In this document: positions 59,725-64,000 of the stretch, in pieces
Numbering within the stretch: position 1 is the stretch's first letter
Layout: the number at the start of each line of letters is the position of its first letter
DNA from: an uncultured bacterium
GTDB taxonomy: Bacteria > Patescibacteriota > JABMPQ01 > CAVVCK01
Direction of reading: 5' to 3'
DNA: 64,000 nucleotides
Assembly (NCBI GenBank): GCA_963746775.1
Contig: CAVVCK010000001.1
Span: 339,050 to 403,049 of the forward strand
Position numbers and translations under genes: made by a program
Notes under the pieces: model-generated
The model's input: the letters and a program-made list of their open reading frames with translations, nothing else
Told to the model about the DNA's origin: nothing
Database searches by the model: none

Positions 59725-62700
59725 TTAGCCAACAACCTTCCTCCCAAACCTCCCCCTAAACCACCCAAATATTCTCTCCACCATATTAATTACAATCGGC
59801 AAAACTATCAAATTACCAATAGTGGCAAAAGTTAAACCGAAAATTACAGTTGTCCCCAATCCTCTCCAGAAAGGATCTTGAATTGTTAGGGGTACAATGG
59901 CGGCAATAGTAGTAATAGAAGTAGAAAAAATAGGTTTAAATCTCATCTTGCCAGTCTCAACTAGCGCTTCAGATAATTTTTGATTTTTATCTCTCTTTCT
60001 TAATCTATTGAAATAATCAATAAAGACAATGGCATCATTAACCACAATACCTACTAGAGTTATTACACCTAAACCGGAGATCATATCCAGTGAACTTCCT
60101 ACCGCATAAAGTGCTGGAAAAACACCAATCAAAGCCACTGGTACTGCCAACATAATCATTAAAGGCTGTAAGTAAGAATTAAATTGATAAGCTAAGATCA
60201 AAAAAACAGCTATAATAGCAATAATAAAGGTAACTAAAAGCTTGTTAAAGTCAGTAGCAATATCAGAAGCAAAGCCGCCGTAAGCAATACTATCTTCATC
60301 TAGACCAAAATCATTCAGTCTGTCTTTATTTAGATAATCTTGGATATCTTTTTGTACTTTAGTAATTTCAGCTGCCTTATCCTCATCAGCTACATCTAAA
60401 TATATTTGGTAAGAAACCGACCTTGCCCCATCAATAAAGTTAATCGATTGAGCCTTGTCCTCCGACTTTACTTCCGCTATATCAGACAATTTAATAGGCT
60501 TTATACCTTGCACTCCTACAATTAAATTTTTTATATCATCGATAGATTTTTTAGAATTTTCATTGAATAATAATTTTACTCCATCTTGCCTACCGCCTTC
60601 TCCAATAGTTACTTTGCCTAAATCAGATTCAGAAAAGACGCTATTTACAATCATAGAAGTAGTCAGCGGTGCAATACCATATTCTTCTATTTTATTTTTA
60701 TCAAAATTAATCTCTATAGAAGGAACTAAATTATCTTTTAGCTCATTGCTAATCTTATTAATTTTAAAATCTCCATTATCTTCTTTTCCTACAACAAAAC
60801 TGTCTAACCCCTCTATAGTTTTTTTAATAGCTTCTCCATCGGTATTTTTTACTTCTACAATAACATCATAAGAGGAAGAGGTTGGGCCATAGCCTTGAGC
60901 ACCAACACTAATAGTAGTATCTTGAGGTGCCCTATCTCTAATATAATTAATTTTTTCGTTCAAATTATCTACAATAGTATAGACTGTAGTATCTTTATCA
61001 TTTCTTCTTTTTGATGGATCAGTTATTAAAATAAATAGCTGCCCTTGCATCATAAATGAACCTTCGAAATACGGTACTTTTATGGCTTCTTTCATTAAAT
61101 CAGAAGTTATTTCTTTCTTTACTTCATTGCTTGTCCCTACTGGAAAATCCATGCTTATACTAAATTGCTGGGTATCAGTCATAGGAAATTGAGAAGATTT
61201 CACCTTGCCTGTTCCTACTAAAGACATACTATAAATAAATCCAGCCAATAGAATCAAAACTATAGCTAATTTATAAGTCCATTTTCTATAAACCCTAGAC
61301 ATAAATCGGCCATAAACTTCCACTAGTTTATCAATCATTTTCTGGCCATAAAAAACTATAGCTGGCAAAACTAAATATTTTTGTGATTTGGTTAATCTTC
61401 TTTCTTTTCTTTCTTCTTCTGTCTCTTTCTTTAAAATCCATTTACCTAGAAGTGGAGTAATACTAATGGCTAAAAAATAAGATACCACTAACATAATAAT
61501 CATAGTATAGGGAATATATTTCATAAATTCCCCTATAATTCCACCCATTCTGGCAGCCGGAATGAAAACTACCACTGTTGTCGCTGTAGCTGAAGTTACC
61601 GCCGGACCTAAATCGCGAATAGTACTCAGTGCTGCTTTTAATTTGCTGTCTCCGTACTTACTCATGCGATGCTGCATACCTTCAGCAATAACAATAGCAT
61701 TATCAACTATAATACCTAGGGTCAAAATCATAGCAAAGGTTGTCAGAATATTAATAGTAAAGCCCAGCTCGTAGAGAATAAATAAAGTTATTAAGAAAGA
61801 AAAAGGGACAATCAGTGATACTACTAAGCCTGCCCTAATATCAATAAAAAACATAAAGACAACCAATATAATAATTAAACCAAAAATCCCATTGCGAAGC
61901 AGCGTTGATATTTGAGTCTCTACATAGGTTGAAGAATCATAAGTTAAATCGATATTAATATTTTCATCTAGAATATTTTTATCATAAATTTTATCTATGG
62001 CCGCCGTAATATCTTTTTTCATCTTAATAACATCTCCCTTGTCTTGTTTAATCAACATTAGATATACTGCCTGATCACTATATTGAGGCTGCCCATCTCT
62101 TAAAAATCCAGCTGCCAATTGAGTATCACCTGACTTCGCTTCTTCCGTTATCTCGGCTATTTCCGATAATTTAGAACCATCAGCCAAAGTTATATTTTTA
62201 ATATCGTCTATTTGGCTTACAGGATTATTAATAGTAATTTGCTTAGAAATATTAGTCTCCTCATCTGTAATGCTTCCTCCAGGCAAGACCTGTAAATTAG
62301 CTTGGATAATTTGCTTTACAGTATTTACATCCAATCTTTTCTCCTGAAGCGCTTTGGCATCAAGCTTGATTTTTACATCAAAATCAGTTTCTGGCATTAC
62401 CTGCACTTCTTTGATTTCTTTACTTTCTTTTTCTAAATATTCTTTTACCTTGGGTGCTTTTTTAATTATTTCATTGTAGGAAATTTTATCACTAGATAAA
62501 ACGTAAACCAAAGAAGGACCAGCTGCATCCTCTGTACCCACATTAATATCCACACCATCCGGCAAGCTAGCTTTATTAGCTAGCTCATTAAATTCAGTAA
62601 TAGTTTTATTAATAGTTTCTTTATCAAAACTCTTAGTCTCGATTACTACGCTTCCATAATTAGCATAAGCTGATGATCTCATCTTTGCTACTTCCTTATG

Positions 62701-62961
62701 ACCCTTGATTTGGTTCTCTATAGGTTTGATAACATCAGAACCTATTACTTCTGGACTAGCACCAGGATAAGTGGCTGATACAAAAATATAATTAATAGGA
62801 ATAGAAGGAAAATCCTGCCTTTGGTTATTACTTGCTCCGAAAAGCCCCAAAATAACTAAAGCAATTAGTAAAATAATGGTTAATTTATATTTTGTAATAA
62901 AAAATTTAGCCCATTTGCTAAAAAAGTTTAGTTTTTCTTCTTTTATATTATTATTTCTCAT
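59725..62961 (-). CDS. RND (AcrB-like) efflux permease
   Basis: YPGASPE, GIIVDNAIV, GIVVNDAIV, RFKPIFSTS. Confidence 0.93.
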   Translation of the reverse strand: MRNNNIKEEKLNFFSKWAKFFITKYKLTIILLIALVILGLFGASNNQRQDFPSIPINYIFVSATYPGASPEVIGSDVIKPIENQIKGHKEVAKMRSSAYANYGSVVIETKSFDKETINKTITEFNELANKASLPDGVDINVGTEDAAGPSLVYVLSSDKISYNEIIKKAPKVKEYLEKESKEIKEVQVMPETDFDVKIKLDAKALQEKRLDVNTVKQIIQANLQVLPGGSITDEETNISKQITINNPVSQIDDIKNITLADGSKLSEIAEITEEAKSGDTQLAAGFLRDGQPQYSDQAVYLMLIKQDKGDVIKMKKDITAAIDKIYDKNILDENINIDLTYDSSTYVETQISTLLRNGIFGLIIILVVFMFFIDIRAGLVVSLIVPFSFLITLFILYELGFTINILTTFAMILTLGIIVDNAIVIAEGMQHRMSKYGDSKLKAALSTIRDLGPAVTSATATTVVVFIPAARMGGIIGEFMKYIPYTMIIMLVVSYFLAISITPLLGKWILKKETEEERKERRLTKSQKYLVLPAIVFYGQKMIDKLVEVYGRFMSRVYRKWTYKLAIVLILLAGFIYSMSLVGTGKVKSSQFPMTDTQQFSISMDFPVGTSNEVKKEITSDLMKEAIKVPYFEGSFMMQGQLFILITDPSKRRNDKDTTVYTIVDNLNEKINYIRDRAPQDTTISVGAQGYGPTSSSYDVIVEVKNTDGEAIKKTIEGLDSFVVGKEDNGDFKINKISNELKDNLVPSIEINFDKNKIEEYGIAPLTTSMIVNSVFSESDLGKVTIGEGGRQDGVKLLFNENSKKSIDDIKNLIVGVQGIKPIKLSDIAEVKSEDKAQSINFIDGARSVSYQIYLDVADEDKAAEITKVQKDIQDYLNKDRLNDFGLDEDSIAYGGFASDIATDFNKLLVTFIIAIIAVFLILAYQFNSYLQPLMIMLAVPVALIGVFPALYAVGSSLDMISGLGVITLVGIVVNDAIVFIDYFNRLRKRDKNQKLSEALVETGKMRFKPIFSTSITTIAAIVPLTIQDPFWRGLGTTVIFGLTFATIGNLIVLPIVINMVERIFGWFRGRFGRKVVG

Positions 62962-63034
62962 CTATTTTTATATTTAAAATTAATAAAAAAAATCCCTTCC
63001 AATAATTTAAGGAATAAATAAATTGAATTACTAT

Positions 63035-63262
63035 TTACTCGTCTTGCTCTATCCCAAGCATTCTTCTAACTTCTTCTTCGATTGCACCTAGTCTTTCGCT
63101 AAAATCATCAAATTTAAAATCACTACCCAATTTTTTCTGAGCAGCTAATAATTCTTGTTGCAATCTATAAACCACGCTGGTTGCAATCTCTTTTTTTCTA
63201 TCCTCTATGCTTTTTTCTGATTGACCGCTCTCTTTTTCAAATTGATTTAACATTTCCGACAT
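63035..63262 (-). CDS. Small hypothetical protein
   Basis: 75-aa helical ORF co-oriented with neighbours. Confidence 0.55.
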   Translation of the reverse strand: MSEMLNQFEKESGQSEKSIEDRKKEIATSVVYRLQQELLAAQKKLGSDFKFDDFSERLGAIEEEVRRMLGIEQDE

Positions 63263-63342
63263 AAAATTGTATTTATTACTATCTCTATTTAATTATTTTT
63301 TAATGTTTGTGTCAATTTTAAAATCTTCGAAACCACATTCTT

Positions 63343-63419
63343 ATACATGCAGGTTTTAAATCTGTATTCCAATATATAACCTATATTCCAATATATACAG
63401 GTTTCAAACCTGTATCTAC
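63343..63419. repeat. Two family A REP units
   Basis: CAGGTTTTAAATCTG and CAGGTTTCAAACCTGTATCTAC. Confidence 0.85.
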
Positions 63420-64000
63420 CGTTCTCCTGCCAATTGCCCGCAAGCTCCTTTAATATTTTGCCCAAATTTATATCTCTCCACAACTGTAATATTTTCATTT
63501 TCTAATATTCTTTTAAATTTTCCTATCTGATCAGGATAAGATGATTTGAATTTACCAGTTTCATTATAATTAATTAAATTTACAAAAAATAAATGTTTTA
63601 AATTATCTTTCAAAAGATTAGCTAGCTCCCTGGCCATATCTTGCGAATCATTTATATCCCGAAGCATTACATATTCTATCATTACTTTTCTATTGGTTTC
63701 TTTTATATATTCTTTGACCGCCTTTAATACTTTTTCTATAGGATAATTGGTATTAACAGGCATTAATTGGCTGCGTAATCTACCATTTGGTGCATGCAAT
63801 GATAGAGCTAAATTAATCTGCTTGCCCTCGCTAATCAATCTCCTAATCCCCTCAGGAATACCACAAGTAGAAATAGATATTCTACGTGACCCTATATTAA
63901 ACTTTTCTTTATCATTTAAAATATGAATAGCTTTTATTACTTCTTCATAATTAAGTAATGGCTCACCCATTCCCATAAAGACAACGTTATCTATTTTCTC
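63416..64000 (-). CDS. rlmN: 23S rRNA m2A2503 methyltransferase RlmN (N-terminus runs off the window)
   Basis: NVVFMGMGEPL, STCG, LSLHA, EYVML, ACGQL. Confidence 0.95.
   Translation of the reverse strand, partial: EKIDNVVFMGMGEPLLNYEEVIKAIHILNDKEKFNIGSRRISISTCGIPEGIRRLISEGKQINLALSLHAPNGRLRSQLMPVNTNYPIEKVLKAVKEYIKETNRKVMIEYVMLRDINDSQDMARELANLLKDNLKHLFFVNLINYNETGKFKSSYPDQIGKFKRILENENITVVERYKFGQNIKGACGQLAGER

Noticed and set aside
2226-61774. Many antisense or nested ORFs in the six-frame track (e.g. 8452-8814, 14987-15355, 60455-60871)
   Set aside because: They are shadow frames of well-supported genes.

Overview
AT-rich bacterial chromosome segment in standard genetic code. Gene content and repeat types suggest a Patescibacteria/CPR (Parcubacteria-like) organism; this is an inference. 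It carries housekeeping genes (htpX, lemA, gap, gpmI, tig, clpP, rny, ymdB, HU, nfo, guaA/guaB, msrB, rlmN), tRNA-Pro(UGG) and tRNA-Leu(UAG), an oxidative-stress cluster (superoxide reductase, glutaredoxin, peroxiredoxin, Fur/PerR, thioredoxin reductase, rubrerythrin) and an archaeal-type upper mevalonate cluster. Mobile DNA includes one IS with terminal repeats and a target duplication, a RAYT remnant and several dispersed GTAG-REP and palindromic repeat families. The most striking unexplained feature is a ~520-nt GC-richer, densely base-paired unit at 19307-19881: a consensus sigma70 promoter, about ten hairpins with no credible ORF, a canonical type III hammerhead ribozyme and an intrinsic terminator. 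Other leads are a 6S-like rod upstream of rny, REPs that supply stop codons, repeats inserted in frame in proteins and in a tRNA fragment, a Cys-less DUF35 protein and unannotated Cys-rich microproteins. All structures were paired by eye; no searches were run.
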